NCBI GenBank assembly: GCA_963674595.2
Contig: CAXXFV010000004.1
Location: forward strand, 320,001-384,000
Direction: 5' to 3'
DNA length: 64,000 nt
DNA from: a bacterium
GTDB lineage: Bacteria > Zhuqueibacterota > Zhuqueibacteria > Residuimicrobiales > Krinioviventaceae
The notes under the pieces were generated by a model, which did not search any database, was not told the DNA's origin, and saw only the letters and a program-made list of their open reading frames with translations. Position numbers and translations under genes: made by a program. This document shows, piece after piece, positions 49,368 to 61,000 of the stretch. Every line of letters begins with the position of its first letter. The first letter of the stretch is position 1.

Positions 49368-50780
49368 GTGATGAAACGTTCATCAACCAGTCACATCTTT
49401 ATCATGTTTATTGTGGTACTATTTGCATCCACTGCAATCTTTGCTGCAGAGGGTGATTCGCTTTCAGTTACCGAAGGCAGCGGACTACCGGGTAACGGCG
49501 GATATGTTTTTTCTGTAAATCTTAAAAATGTAACAACCATTAAAGGATTATATTTTACGCTGCATGATTCCCCTGATTCTTTAACGGTAACCAATGTTGC
49601 AACAACAGCACGATCTGCCAATTTTCGGGTTTCTTTTACCCAAGTCGATGGATATTTAAAAGTTATAATGATCCCGCTTGATGGAGTTACCACGTTCCTG
49701 ACAGCAGGTGATGCTGCAATTTTAAATATTACGACAGGTGTCAGTGCCGACGCTGTTGGAGGAACAAAGGCCCTGCTGACCATCCAGGATGTTGTTTTAG
49801 CGGATGGTACAAACGGAGCTGTAACCAGCCACCAGGTTGACGGTAATTTTTGGTTTGGACAAAAGGGTGATGTTGTCTATAATTCTGTCGTAGATTTGTT
49901 TGATGTTTTGCGATTGATAGACATTGCGATCAGCCGTCCTCCGGCAGCAACTGAATATGAACGGTGGGCCGGTGACCTGGACAGCAACGGTTATATTGAT
50001 GTTGTAGACATCGGTGAAGCAATCGATCGTGCGGTGTCTGTTCCAGCGCCACCTGCTGTTAACCAACCGCTTAGTTTGGAATCGAATGGTTATGCAGAAA
50101 TTCAAATGCCTGCTTTGCCGACGAATTTTACGGGTAAAATAAACATACCTGTTAAAGTTAATACAACCGTACCTGTCACTGGTATGCAGTTTGAATTTAA
50201 TGTAGACTCTAAAAAATATATTATTGAACAACCTGAGCTTACTGAAGTTTCTGCAAACATGAGTATTGTTAGTAAACGTCAGGGTGAAAAGTATAAGGTA
50301 CTGATTTGCGGGACTGCAGGACAAATGCTGCCGGCCGGCGAATTAACAGTATTGAACTTGTCTGTTAATATAACGTCACCATTGGATCAGGCGGAAATAA
50401 TTGAGCTTAAAAATGTTTTAGCTGGAACCGAAAATGCATCCAAGATTGAAACAAATTTAAGCCAGGATGTTTCAGAAGTTGCTCATGTTCCCTCTTCCTT
50501 TGCACTTTTACAAAATAGTCCTAACCCGTTCAATATGTCTACAGAGATTACATATGATATTCCTAACATAAATCAGCAAGTATCTGTTAAATTGCAGATT
50601 TTTAATATGCAAGGACAGTTGATCCGTACGCTTGTTAATAGTAAAAAAGCGGCGGGCCGATATCGTGTCAATTGGAATGGAATGGATAAATTAGGCCATT
50701 ATGTTTCCTCCGGCGTCTATTTTTATAAATTAAGCGCTGGTGATGTTGTGCTTTCGAAAAAAATGGCGGTCATGAAATAG
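49368..50780 (+). CDS. Secreted cohesin-dockerin-cohesin protein with FlgD-Ig/T9SS-type C-terminal domain
   Basis: Signal peptide; cohesin-like sandwich; duplicated Ca-loop dockerin (GDVVYNSVVDLFD / GDLDSNGYIDVVD); Pro linker; second cohesin-like domain; LLQNSPNPFN..IFNMQGQLIRTL..WNG..SSGVYFYKL tail. Confidence 0.78.
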   Translation: MMKRSSTSHIFIMFIVVLFASTAIFAAEGDSLSVTEGSGLPGNGGYVFSVNLKNVTTIKGLYFTLHDSPDSLTVTNVATTARSANFRVSFTQVDGYLKVIMIPLDGVTTFLTAGDAAILNITTGVSADAVGGTKALLTIQDVVLADGTNGAVTSHQVDGNFWFGQKGDVVYNSVVDLFDVLRLIDIAISRPPAATEYERWAGDLDSNGYIDVVDIGEAIDRAVSVPAPPAVNQPLSLESNGYAEIQMPALPTNFTGKINIPVKVNTTVPVTGMQFEFNVDSKKYIIEQPELTEVSANMSIVSKRQGEKYKVLICGTAGQMLPAGELTVLNLSVNITSPLDQAEIIELKNVLAGTENASKIETNLSQDVSEVAHVPSSFALLQNSPNPFNMSTEITYDIPNINQQVSVKLQIFNMQGQLIRTLVNSKKAAGRYRVNWNGMDKLGHYVSSGVYFYKLSAGDVVLSKKMAVMK

Positions 50781-50822
50781 ATAGGTGTAAGAGGAAATAA
50801 CTTAAAAGTGAGGTAATTTAAA

Positions 50823-52616
50823 ATGAAAAACAAAAACATCCTCTCAATGTTTCTTTTTGTCCTGTCTATGGCCATAACCAGTTATGTCATGGCAGGCACA
50901 ATTGTTGATGATTTTAATCGTTCGACTCTGGGTGCAAATTGGACGGCAGACCCCGAGTATGTAATCGATACAAATACAATGTCCAATAATTCAACGACCT
51001 CTTCATGGGGGTTTTTAGCGGTTTATAACGCCATTATCAATCCTATGGAAGTATCTTTCCGATGGGCTGTAGGTGGTGACGTTGAGGGAGCCAATTCCGG
51101 CGGTGTAGCAATTTATTTAAATTCCGCATCAGTCAATGCAACAGGATATTTTGTTTTGCGCCGATATAGTAAAATTGATTTACATCCTATTGTGAATGGT
51201 ATAGCTGATAGAACAACAGTTCTTGGCACCACCTCGGCAACCCAGGCAACACCCCAACCCGGTGATGTTATTAAGGTCATTCCAACCACTGATGCCAGTG
51301 GTCACCATTTTGATTTGTATGTAAATGGTGTTTTTGACGGAAGAGTCAGTGATGCCACCAAAACTTATGCTAATGTAAGTAACGATTTATATAGTGGTGT
51401 TGTATTGTATGGAAATCGAAATAATAATATTGATGATTTTACAATTAAAGCGCCGACAATTACTGTTACAGCCCCCAATGGCGCCGAACTGTGGCTTGTA
51501 AATTCGGCCCATAACATTACCTGGACGTCTTCGGATTTTTCAGGAAATGTCAAAATAGAATATTCTGTTGATGCCGGCACATCCTGGAGTACAATTGCAG
51601 CATCTGTTACCAACTCTGGATCATACACCTGGACAATTCCAAATGCTCCTTCTGCTTCAACTGTGGTCCGTGTTTCTGATGCAGCTGATGGTTTTCCTTC
51701 TGATGTTAGTAATGCTGTTTTTGAAATTGTGCCGGAAACAGAAGATATTCAGGTTGTCAGTCCAAATGGTGCTGAAAATTGGATCGTCAACACCAATCAA
51801 ACAATTCAATGGAATGCCACAAGTATTATACCTTTTGTAGCTATAGATTATTCTGTAGATAATGGCGTATCCTGGACATTAATCGTTGCCAGTACAGCGA
51901 ATGATGGAAGTTATACCTGGACAGTACCGGCGCAAATTACCACTCAAGCCCTGGTCCGTGTACGCGATGCATTGGATTCATTACCTACTGATGTAAGCAA
52001 TGCTGTTTTTAGTATTTCTGCTCTTGTTTCTTTGGAGGTACCGGCTGCCAGTGGACAACCTGGTACAGGTGGTAATGTTGTTACTGTAAACATGAATAAT
52101 CAAACAAATATACGAGGAGTATTTTTTAGATTGACCGATTTGCCGGATTATTTAACTGTTGAAAGTGTAACTCCCGTTGGTCGGGCATCTACGTTTACTG
52201 TTGATTCAGATGAAACCGGTGGCTATTTGCAAGTCCTTTTGGTAAGTATGTCCGGTGCTGTCATTCCTACAGGAAGTGGCCCGATTGTTCAAATCAGTTA
52301 CCAAATTGATAATGCTGCACCTTTTGGAACGACTTCCGGTATGAATTTATCTCATGTAACATTGAGTAATGCAAACAGTGAATTGGTTGTGCCGGAATTA
52401 GTAAATGGTGATTTTCATTATGTTCTGTCAGGTGATATGGACGCTGATGGTGATGTTGATTATTCAGACGCTGATGGCGGTGACATTGACCGTATGCTGG
52501 AAATAATTATGGGAACCGGTGCTGCTGTATCTGATTATGAAATGCTTGCCGGCGACCTTGATAATGATGGTGATATTGATCTTTATGATGTTTTGAATGT
52601 TTTTGATTTGATCTAA
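50823..52616 (+). CDS. Secreted protein: N-terminal beta-sandwich, two Ig-like repeats, cohesin, C-terminal dockerin
   Basis: Signal peptide; DDFNR..LGANW N-domain; two PNGAE.W..YSVD.G.SW..GSYTWT.P..SDVSNAVF repeats; cohesin-like; GDMDADGDVD / GDLDNDGDIDLYD. Confidence 0.78.
   Translation: MKNKNILSMFLFVLSMAITSYVMAGTIVDDFNRSTLGANWTADPEYVIDTNTMSNNSTTSSWGFLAVYNAIINPMEVSFRWAVGGDVEGANSGGVAIYLNSASVNATGYFVLRRYSKIDLHPIVNGIADRTTVLGTTSATQATPQPGDVIKVIPTTDASGHHFDLYVNGVFDGRVSDATKTYANVSNDLYSGVVLYGNRNNNIDDFTIKAPTITVTAPNGAELWLVNSAHNITWTSSDFSGNVKIEYSVDAGTSWSTIAASVTNSGSYTWTIPNAPSASTVVRVSDAADGFPSDVSNAVFEIVPETEDIQVVSPNGAENWIVNTNQTIQWNATSIIPFVAIDYSVDNGVSWTLIVASTANDGSYTWTVPAQITTQALVRVRDALDSLPTDVSNAVFSISALVSLEVPAASGQPGTGGNVVTVNMNNQTNIRGVFFRLTDLPDYLTVESVTPVGRASTFTVDSDETGGYLQVLLVSMSGAVIPTGSGPIVQISYQIDNAAPFGTTSGMNLSHVTLSNANSELVVPELVNGDFHYVLSGDMDADGDVDYSDADGGDIDRMLEIIMGTGAAVSDYEMLAGDLDNDGDIDLYDVLNVFDLI
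51453..52017 (+). repeat. Tandem duplicated ~95-aa Ig-like domain within the 597-aa protein (approximate bounds)
   Basis: ITVTAPNGAELW..VSNAVFEI versus IQVVSPNGAENW..VSNAVFSI. Confidence 0.8.
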
Positions 52617-52625
52617 AACAATATA

Positions 52626-52652
52626 ATAGGGGCAGGTTTTTTCTGCCCCTAT
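52626..52652 (+). terminator. Intra-operon stem-loop (terminator or mRNA stabiliser)
   Basis: ATAGGGGCAG-GTTTTTT-CTGCCCCTAT. Confidence 0.65.
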
Positions 52653-52678
52653 ATATTTAAAAAGATAGGTTTCATTGA

Positions 52679-53455
52679 ATGAGAAAAATAATCCCTATAT
52701 TTTTGTTTTTATTTTCTTCTGTTTTACTGGGATCAGATGCTTTTGTGAGTGTTAACGGTGGTTCGGGATCTCCGGGTTCAGAAAATAATATAATTTCTGT
52801 TTCATTGACAAATAGCGTTCCGGTTAAAGGTATCCAGTTTAAAATAACGGATATTCCTAATTATCTGATACCGGATACTATTCTGGTTTCATCTCGAACA
52901 GAAGGTTTTAGTATTAATTTTAATGAGCTGGAAGAAGATAACAGTTTAATTGTAATTATGATTTCTTTTAATAAATTGATTCCTGTGGGCAGTGGTACAA
53001 TAATGGATATTTATTATCGTGTTTCCAGCAGTGCGGAACCAAACCAGACATTGCAGCTTGTCATTGATGAGTTAAAAGTAACAGGAGAAGAGAATAACTA
53101 TCTCGATGCAGAATCATCCAATAGTAAATTTAAAATTTCAAGTATTACGGTTGTTGAGGATGATGATATTATTCCTGAGAATTTTAAGCTTTGTCAAAAT
53201 TATCCGAATCCGTTTAATCCGACAACTCGGATATCTTTTTCAATTCCTGAAAGCAATTTTGTCAAATTGGAAATTTTCAATTCATTGGGGCAAAAAGTTC
53301 GTACGCTTTTAAATGGAAAAATGAACAGAGGGCAGCATGTTGTGCAGTGGGACGGAATAAACGACTATGGAAATTTTGTGCCGGCCGGTACCTATTTTTA
53401 TAGAATTAACGCAGGAGAATTTACAGACACGAAAAGATTGTCTTTAATTAAATAA
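52679..53455 (+). CDS. Secreted single-cohesin protein with FlgD-Ig/T9SS-type C-terminal domain
   Basis: Signal peptide; cohesin-like domain paralogous to those of the two upstream genes; LCQNYPNPFNPTT..IFNSLGQKVRTL..WDG..AGTYFYRI. Confidence 0.8.
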   Translation: MRKIIPIFLFLFSSVLLGSDAFVSVNGGSGSPGSENNIISVSLTNSVPVKGIQFKITDIPNYLIPDTILVSSRTEGFSINFNELEEDNSLIVIMISFNKLIPVGSGTIMDIYYRVSSSAEPNQTLQLVIDELKVTGEENNYLDAESSNSKFKISSITVVEDDDIIPENFKLCQNYPNPFNPTTRISFSIPESNFVKLEIFNSLGQKVRTLLNGKMNRGQHVVQWDGINDYGNFVPAGTYFYRINAGEFTDTKRLSLIK

Positions 53456-53474
53456 AGTACAGCTTTCGTTTTTA

Positions 53475-54293
53475 CTACCTGGGAAGTGTAGTTAATATTT
53501 TTTTGATATTGGAAAATTCGGGATCATTGGTTCGTAAAGTGGATTTGACAGGGACTTTGGAAAGTTCCTGTCTCACTTTACGATAACGTGAAGAAGTTGC
53601 CGGATGCGTTGTTAACAACAGGGCAACACTTTCAATGTCATCTGTTTCTTTCTTACCGATTATTCTCAATATGTCCAAAAGTCCATCCGGTGAGTAATTT
53701 GTTTTCCAGGCATAATTAATTGCTTTTGCATCTGCGAGGAATTCCTGGTCCTCCGGATAATCAAGGATTGTACCATCTGAATAAAGATGTTCTATTATTT
53801 GAGTGGCAATTTCCGGGTTCTCACCGATAACTGATTGTGCGGCAAAAGCAAATGCATATTTTTCTGCTATTCTGTCAACAGCATTCCGTTCGGCAATATG
53901 AACAATTTCGTGGGCAATAATCAAAGCAATTTCACTCATATTTTCAGAAGCTTCAATTAATCCTCTGAAAAGATAGATGGAACCGCCAGGCAGGGAAAAG
54001 TGGTTTATATCATCTTCGTTTATGACATAAACAGAATAGGTGAGTCCGTCCCAATCTGATTGGGTACCAATTTCTCTGGCAATTTGTGTAAAATAATCTG
54101 TTATCTGTTGGTTTCGAACAATTTTAAAATGTTTTGGCATCTGCTTTGTAAGAGAACGACCCAGTTCCAGTTCTTCGTCAATAGAAACAAACTTGATTTT
54201 ACCCGAGTTTTTTGAACCTGCGCATGAAAAATAAAGCGTTATACTTAACGCAAACAGGAGGAGCATTGTTTTTTTTATCACCATCTTCACCAC
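53475..54293 (-). CDS. M48-family metallopeptidase lipoprotein
   Basis: Lipobox-like YFSC, EELELG, INHFSLPGG.IY, AHEIVH, E..AD, THP. Confidence 0.85.
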   Translation of the reverse strand: MVKMVIKKTMLLLFALSITLYFSCAGSKNSGKIKFVSIDEELELGRSLTKQMPKHFKIVRNQQITDYFTQIAREIGTQSDWDGLTYSVYVINEDDINHFSLPGGSIYLFRGLIEASENMSEIALIIAHEIVHIAERNAVDRIAEKYAFAFAAQSVIGENPEIATQIIEHLYSDGTILDYPEDQEFLADAKAINYAWKTNYSPDGLLDILRIIGKKETDDIESVALLLTTHPATSSRYRKVRQELSKVPVKSTLRTNDPEFSNIKKILTTLPR

Positions 54294-54298
54294 TGTTT

Positions 54299-56314
<2,016 letters not shown>

Positions 56315-56317
56315 TTA

Positions 56318-57280
56318 TTATACTTTAGCTAATATTTTTTTTACCAAATCTGTATTAATATTTCTTCCTGTAAGTATGGAAACAACTTTGTTATAACTGT
56401 TTGAAATTTTACCTGCCAGCAAAGCGGCAATGCCCACAGCAGCCGAGCCTTCAATAAGGATATGTTTTTCCTGCATAAGAAGCTGAATGGCCTGATAGAT
56501 ATCATCTTCTTCAACAGTTACAATTTCATCGACATATTCTTTTACAAGTTGTAACGTCAAGTCACTGACAAATCGCCCGGCCAGTCCGTCGGCAATGGTT
56601 TCGCCGATAGCTGTTTCAACTACATGACCGGATTTTAAGGCATTTATCATGGCCGGATTATTGGCTAGCTGTATGCCGATAACTTTGGTTTTGGGGAGGT
56701 AATTTTTTATGGCATAGGCAATTCCGCTGATCAGACCTCCGCCTCCTATGGGTACGAGAACGGCATCTGCCTCCGGCAAATCTTTTGCCAGTTCAAGGGC
56801 AATCGTGCTTTGTCCGGCAATAACTTGCGGATCATCAAAAGCGTGAACAAAAGTAAGATTATAATCTTTTTTAATTTGATGAGCCAGCAATTCGGCTTCG
56901 TCGTAATCTTTACCGGCCTGAATAACGGTACAGGGATAGAGGCCCAGTTTTTTAATTTTCGCCGGTGATGCATTTGCCGGTAACACGATTTTAGCATCAA
57001 TTTTAAATAGTTCCGCTGCATAAGCAACGCCAAGCGCGTGGTTTCCGGCTGAGGCCGTTATAATACCTCTTTCTTTTTCATCTTTATCCAGAGAGAGTAA
57101 ATGGTTGATGGCACCACGAACCTTAAAACTGCCGGTTATTTGCCAGTTTTCCATTTTAAGGAAAACCTCTTGTCCCAACTGTTTTGATAAATATTTAAAA
57201 GGCTCAACAGGAGTTTTTCGAACAAGGTGTTCAATTTGTTTTTGGGCCTGCTCCGGTGATATTTTAGTTAAAGATTTCAA
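56318..57280 (-). CDS. ilvA: PLP-dependent threonine/serine dehydratase
   Basis: LKMENWQITGSFKVRGA, ASAGNHA, PIGGGGLISG, TIADGL; short form without regulatory domain. Confidence 0.82.
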   Translation of the reverse strand: MKSLTKISPEQAQKQIEHLVRKTPVEPFKYLSKQLGQEVFLKMENWQITGSFKVRGAINHLLSLDKDEKERGIITASAGNHALGVAYAAELFKIDAKIVLPANASPAKIKKLGLYPCTVIQAGKDYDEAELLAHQIKKDYNLTFVHAFDDPQVIAGQSTIALELAKDLPEADAVLVPIGGGGLISGIAYAIKNYLPKTKVIGIQLANNPAMINALKSGHVVETAIGETIADGLAGRFVSDLTLQLVKEYVDEIVTVEEDDIYQAIQLLMQEKHILIEGSAAVGIAALLAGKISNSYNKVVSILTGRNINTDLVKKILAKV

Positions 57281-57283
57281 GTT

Positions 57284-58180
57284 TTACCTTTTTTTGAAAA
57301 TGGCTTTAATAGTATAAATGGCGATTTTGGGATTTTCTTTTAATCGACGCATGGAATACGCATACCACTTTTTACCAAAAGGAACGTAAACACGCATTCG
57401 GTGTCCCTGTTTTACCAGAATGTTTCTAAGCTGTTCATCTACGCCCAATAACATTTGAAATTCATATTCATCTTTTGATAAATTATATTCGTCTATTAAT
57501 TTTAATGCTTGCCAGACAACTTTTTCATCATGTGTTGCAATACCGGCATAACAGTTGTTACGGAACGCAGTTTCTACGAGTTGTGCAAAATTATTATTAA
57601 CAATTTCACCGTCTTTATAGGCAATTTCTCTGGGTTCTATATAAATCCCTTTACACAATCTGAAATTGCCTTTTTGTTTAGCAAGGTTTTGTATATCCGA
57701 AACTGAACGCCTTAAATAAGCTTGTAAAACAATTCCAACATTCGTGTGTGTTTTTAATATTTTTTCAAAAATATCGATTGTGTCATGCGTACAGGACGAA
57801 TCTTCCATGTCTATCCGCACAAAATTATTATGCTTTTTTGCATTATCTGCAATTCTTACTATGTTATTATAACACAATTCTTTATCAATTAAAAGACCTA
57901 ATTGGGTTGGTTTGATGGAAATGTTGGCAGTTAATTTGAAAGTTTCAATTGCGTTTAAAATTTCATCATAAATATTAATGGCATCTTCACACTCCTGTAT
58001 TTTGGTTGCACTTTCTCCCAACAGGTCAATTGTAGCCATAATATTGTTTTGGTTCAGCTTTTTAACGACATCGACAGCATCCTGGAGTTTATCGCCGGCA
58101 ACATATCTTTTGGCAAAGAATCGAACAATGGGTTTCGGCACCATGGGCATCAAAAAAATGACAAATTTGTTTAATAGCAT
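57284..58180 (-). CDS. Monofunctional proline dehydrogenase
   Basis: RYVAG, IDLLGE, SIKPTQLG, RIDMED, LQAYL, RLCKG.Y, IATHD, EFQMLLG, YVPFG..WY.Y..RRLKE. Confidence 0.92.
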   Translation of the reverse strand: MLLNKFVIFLMPMVPKPIVRFFAKRYVAGDKLQDAVDVVKKLNQNNIMATIDLLGESATKIQECEDAINIYDEILNAIETFKLTANISIKPTQLGLLIDKELCYNNIVRIADNAKKHNNFVRIDMEDSSCTHDTIDIFEKILKTHTNVGIVLQAYLRRSVSDIQNLAKQKGNFRLCKGIYIEPREIAYKDGEIVNNNFAQLVETAFRNNCYAGIATHDEKVVWQALKLIDEYNLSKDEYEFQMLLGVDEQLRNILVKQGHRMRVYVPFGKKWYAYSMRRLKENPKIAIYTIKAIFKKR

Positions 58181-58456
58181 TTGCCGTCCTTTCAATAGAT
58201 GAATGGTTTGGTGTTAAAATGTGGTATTCTACCGAGATAACAGACATGTCAAATTGATGTGGATTTACGCTTTTTCAGGCTCCTTTTATTTTAATAAATA
58301 TTTACAATTTCAAATTAAGTGTTATATAAAAAAGAATCAAGAAGAAACTCGGATTTGGTTATAAATATTAGAAATAGAGTGAAAAATTTTTGGTTGATTT
58401 TAAGTCAATAAAAAGTTATATTAGAAAGATTAGTTAAAAATGGAGGACGCCCTTGG

Positions 58457-59236
58457 ATGGGCAAAGTAATAGCAGTTGCAAATCAAAAAGGTGGTGTTGG
58501 CAAAACAACAACATCTGTTAATCTGGCAGCGTGCTTAGCAGTTGCCGAATATTCAACATTGCTCATTGATATAGATCCTCAAGCCAACAGTACAAGTGGT
58601 TTGGGTTTTGATCCTAGAAAATATGATAAAACGATTTATGATATTTTAATAAATGATCTGGATCCTGAGCAGGCATTAATTGATACGGAATTAAAGTATT
58701 TAAAGCTGATCCCTTCTTCCATTAACCTTGTTGGTGCGGAAGTTGAGTTGGTGTCGGCTATTTCACGAGAACATAAATTAAAAAGAGCTTTAAAAGACAT
58801 TCGTGAAAAATTTGATTTTGTAATTTTTGACTGTCCACCCTCTTTAGGTTTGCTTACCTTAAATGCGCTTACGGCCTCTGATTCTGTTTTGATCCCGATC
58901 CAGTGTGAATACTATGCCTTGGAAGGATTGGGACAACTATTGAATACCATCCGTCTTGTGCAAAAACATCTTAACGACCGTTTGGAGGTTGAAGGTGTAT
59001 TGCTGACAATGTATGATTCAAGGTTGAATTTATCACGTCAGGTTGCTGAAGACGTTCGTAAATATTTTGAAGGTCGTGTTTTTGAGGCGTATGTCAGGCG
59101 AAATGTTCGGCTAAGTGAAGCTCCAAGTTTTGGAAAGCCGATAATTTTGTATGATGCTGTGTCTCCAGGAACTGAAAATTATATGAGTTTGGCTGAGGAA
59201 ATAATCAAGAATGGTGAACCGAAAAGCGCTGGGTAG
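58457..59236 (+). CDS. parA: Chromosome partitioning ATPase ParA/Soj
   Basis: [45 protein letters not shown]. Confidence 0.96.
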   Translation: MGKVIAVANQKGGVGKTTTSVNLAACLAVAEYSTLLIDIDPQANSTSGLGFDPRKYDKTIYDILINDLDPEQALIDTELKYLKLIPSSINLVGAEVELVSAISREHKLKRALKDIREKFDFVIFDCPPSLGLLTLNALTASDSVLIPIQCEYYALEGLGQLLNTIRLVQKHLNDRLEVEGVLLTMYDSRLNLSRQVAEDVRKYFEGRVFEAYVRRNVRLSEAPSFGKPIILYDAVSPGTENYMSLAEEIIKNGEPKSAG

Positions 59237-60062
59237 AGGTCTTTCAGCTTTGTTGCCGGATGAACCGACGGAGTCGGTTAGTGCCGGTCAGTTGCATCAG
59301 ATTGATGTTAAAAGCATTAGTCCGAATCCCTTTCAGCCTCGTTTAACATTCGATTCTGAAAAGCTGGAAGAATTGATGCGTTCCATTTCAGAAAATGGTG
59401 TTGTTCAGCCTATTACGGTGCGCCGTATTCAAGATGGTTATCAGTTGATTGCCGGTGAAAGGCGGTTTCGGGCTGTTACAGAGTTAGGAGTTGATAAAAT
59501 TCCTGCTTATGTATTGGAAGTTCAAACCGACCAGGAAATGCTTGAGCTGTCAATTGTTGAAAATATTCATCGAGAAGATTTAAATTCTATAGAAGTCGCC
59601 AAAGGTTACAAAAGACTCATTGACGAATGTGGCCTAACCCAGGACCAGGTAGCACAAAAAGTTTGTAAAGACAGGACCACTGTTACAAATTTTTTGCGAT
59701 TACTAAAGTTGCCGGCACAAATTCAGGCCAGTGTGCAGGAAGGTGCTTTAACGATGGGACATGCTCGGGCTTTGCTGACCCTTCAGGATGTTGGACAGCA
59801 GCTTGCTTTGTGGAAAAAGATAGTTCAAAATGATCTTTCTGTTAGAAGTGTTGAACAAGCTGTTAAGAATAAAAAGAAAGAAAAAAGTCCGAAAAAGCCT
59901 GATGCCAAATCATATTATTTGGAAGATGTAGAAAACAGAATGCGTGTGAAATTGGCAACAAAAGTATCTGTTAATATGAAAGGCAAAGGCGGTTCTGTTG
60001 CTATTGATTTTTATTCTGAAGATGATCTGGAGCGAATCGTATCTATGATCTGTGATGAATAA
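59211..60062 (+). CDS. parB: Chromosome partitioning protein ParB/Spo0J
   Basis: [40 protein letters not shown]. Confidence 0.96.
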   Translation: MVNRKALGRGLSALLPDEPTESVSAGQLHQIDVKSISPNPFQPRLTFDSEKLEELMRSISENGVVQPITVRRIQDGYQLIAGERRFRAVTELGVDKIPAYVLEVQTDQEMLELSIVENIHREDLNSIEVAKGYKRLIDECGLTQDQVAQKVCKDRTTVTNFLRLLKLPAQIQASVQEGALTMGHARALLTLQDVGQQLALWKKIVQNDLSVRSVEQAVKNKKKEKSPKKPDAKSYYLEDVENRMRVKLATKVSVNMKGKGGSVAIDFYSEDDLERIVSMICDE

Positions 60063-60075
60063 ATGATTTTTAAAT

Positions 60076-60960
60076 ATGACCAAAAAAAATAAACATAAAA
60101 AAAATATTCAGGTTCTTATTATACCTGATGATAAAGATGAACCAAAAGCATTTAGTTTTCCAGTAGCCAGACTTAAATTCTTTAAAGTTCTTGCTGTGGT
60201 TTTAATAATACATATATTAGTAGGTATTTTTTCATATTATCAGTTTTACCGTATTTACAAGAAAAATGTAGAGCTTGTAGAGACAAATAAAATTTTGGGG
60301 GAAAACAACAAGAAAATTTATCAGTTGGCTTCTGCTTTTAGTGAACTGGAGAACTCTCAAACCAAGATCAGGGCTGCTTTAGGATTAGGCAGTATTAACA
60401 GTCCTCAGTTAATGGTTGAAGAACCGCAGGAGCAGCAGACATTGGTTCCCAGTGTTATGCCTGTTGTTCAAAGCACTCAAGAAGAATCGAATGTTTCCGG
60501 TGAAGTGATTCGGGAAAAATTGGGTTTTCTAAAACGTTCAAAAAGCAGTTTTCACGATTATGAAAAAAGCGTACCTACTTTTTTGCCTGTTGAAGGTATT
60601 TTAACAAGCGATTATGATCAAGGCGTCCAGCAAAGCAAACGAACCCATCGCGGTATTGATATTGCCGCAGCAAGGGGTTCTTTTGTTCATTCTGCTGCTG
60701 ATGGCATTGTGGTTTTTGCGGGTTGGACCTATGATCTTGGTAATTTATTGATTTTATACCATGGTAGCGGTTTTTTTACATACTATGGTCATAATCAAAG
60801 ATTACTGGTTACACGCAACTCTCTTGTTAAAAAGGGAGATGTTATTTCATTATTAGGCAATTCAGGTCATAGTTCCGCCCCACATTTGCATTTTGAAATA
60901 TGGAAAGACGGAATTCCTTTGGATCCCAAAGATTACCTGTTTGCATTTTCCGGATTATAA
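60076..60960 (+). CDS. M23 peptidase with N-terminal TM/coiled coil
   Basis: HRGIDIA, YGH, G.SGHSSAPHLHFEI. Confidence 0.9.
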   Translation: MTKKNKHKKNIQVLIIPDDKDEPKAFSFPVARLKFFKVLAVVLIIHILVGIFSYYQFYRIYKKNVELVETNKILGENNKKIYQLASAFSELENSQTKIRAALGLGSINSPQLMVEEPQEQQTLVPSVMPVVQSTQEESNVSGEVIREKLGFLKRSKSSFHDYEKSVPTFLPVEGILTSDYDQGVQQSKRTHRGIDIAAARGSFVHSAADGIVVFAGWTYDLGNLLILYHGSGFFTYYGHNQRLLVTRNSLVKKGDVISLLGNSGHSSAPHLHFEIWKDGIPLDPKDYLFAFSGL

Positions 60961-61000
60961 GTAATAGAATATATAAAAACCTGAATAACGGATGTAAATT

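Noticed and set aside
58196-60075. Search for parS palindromes (TGTTTCACGTGAAACA) near parAB and elsewhere
   Set aside because: Only half-site matches were noticed (e.g. near 5590 and 29196, inside CDSs); no full site was seen by eye
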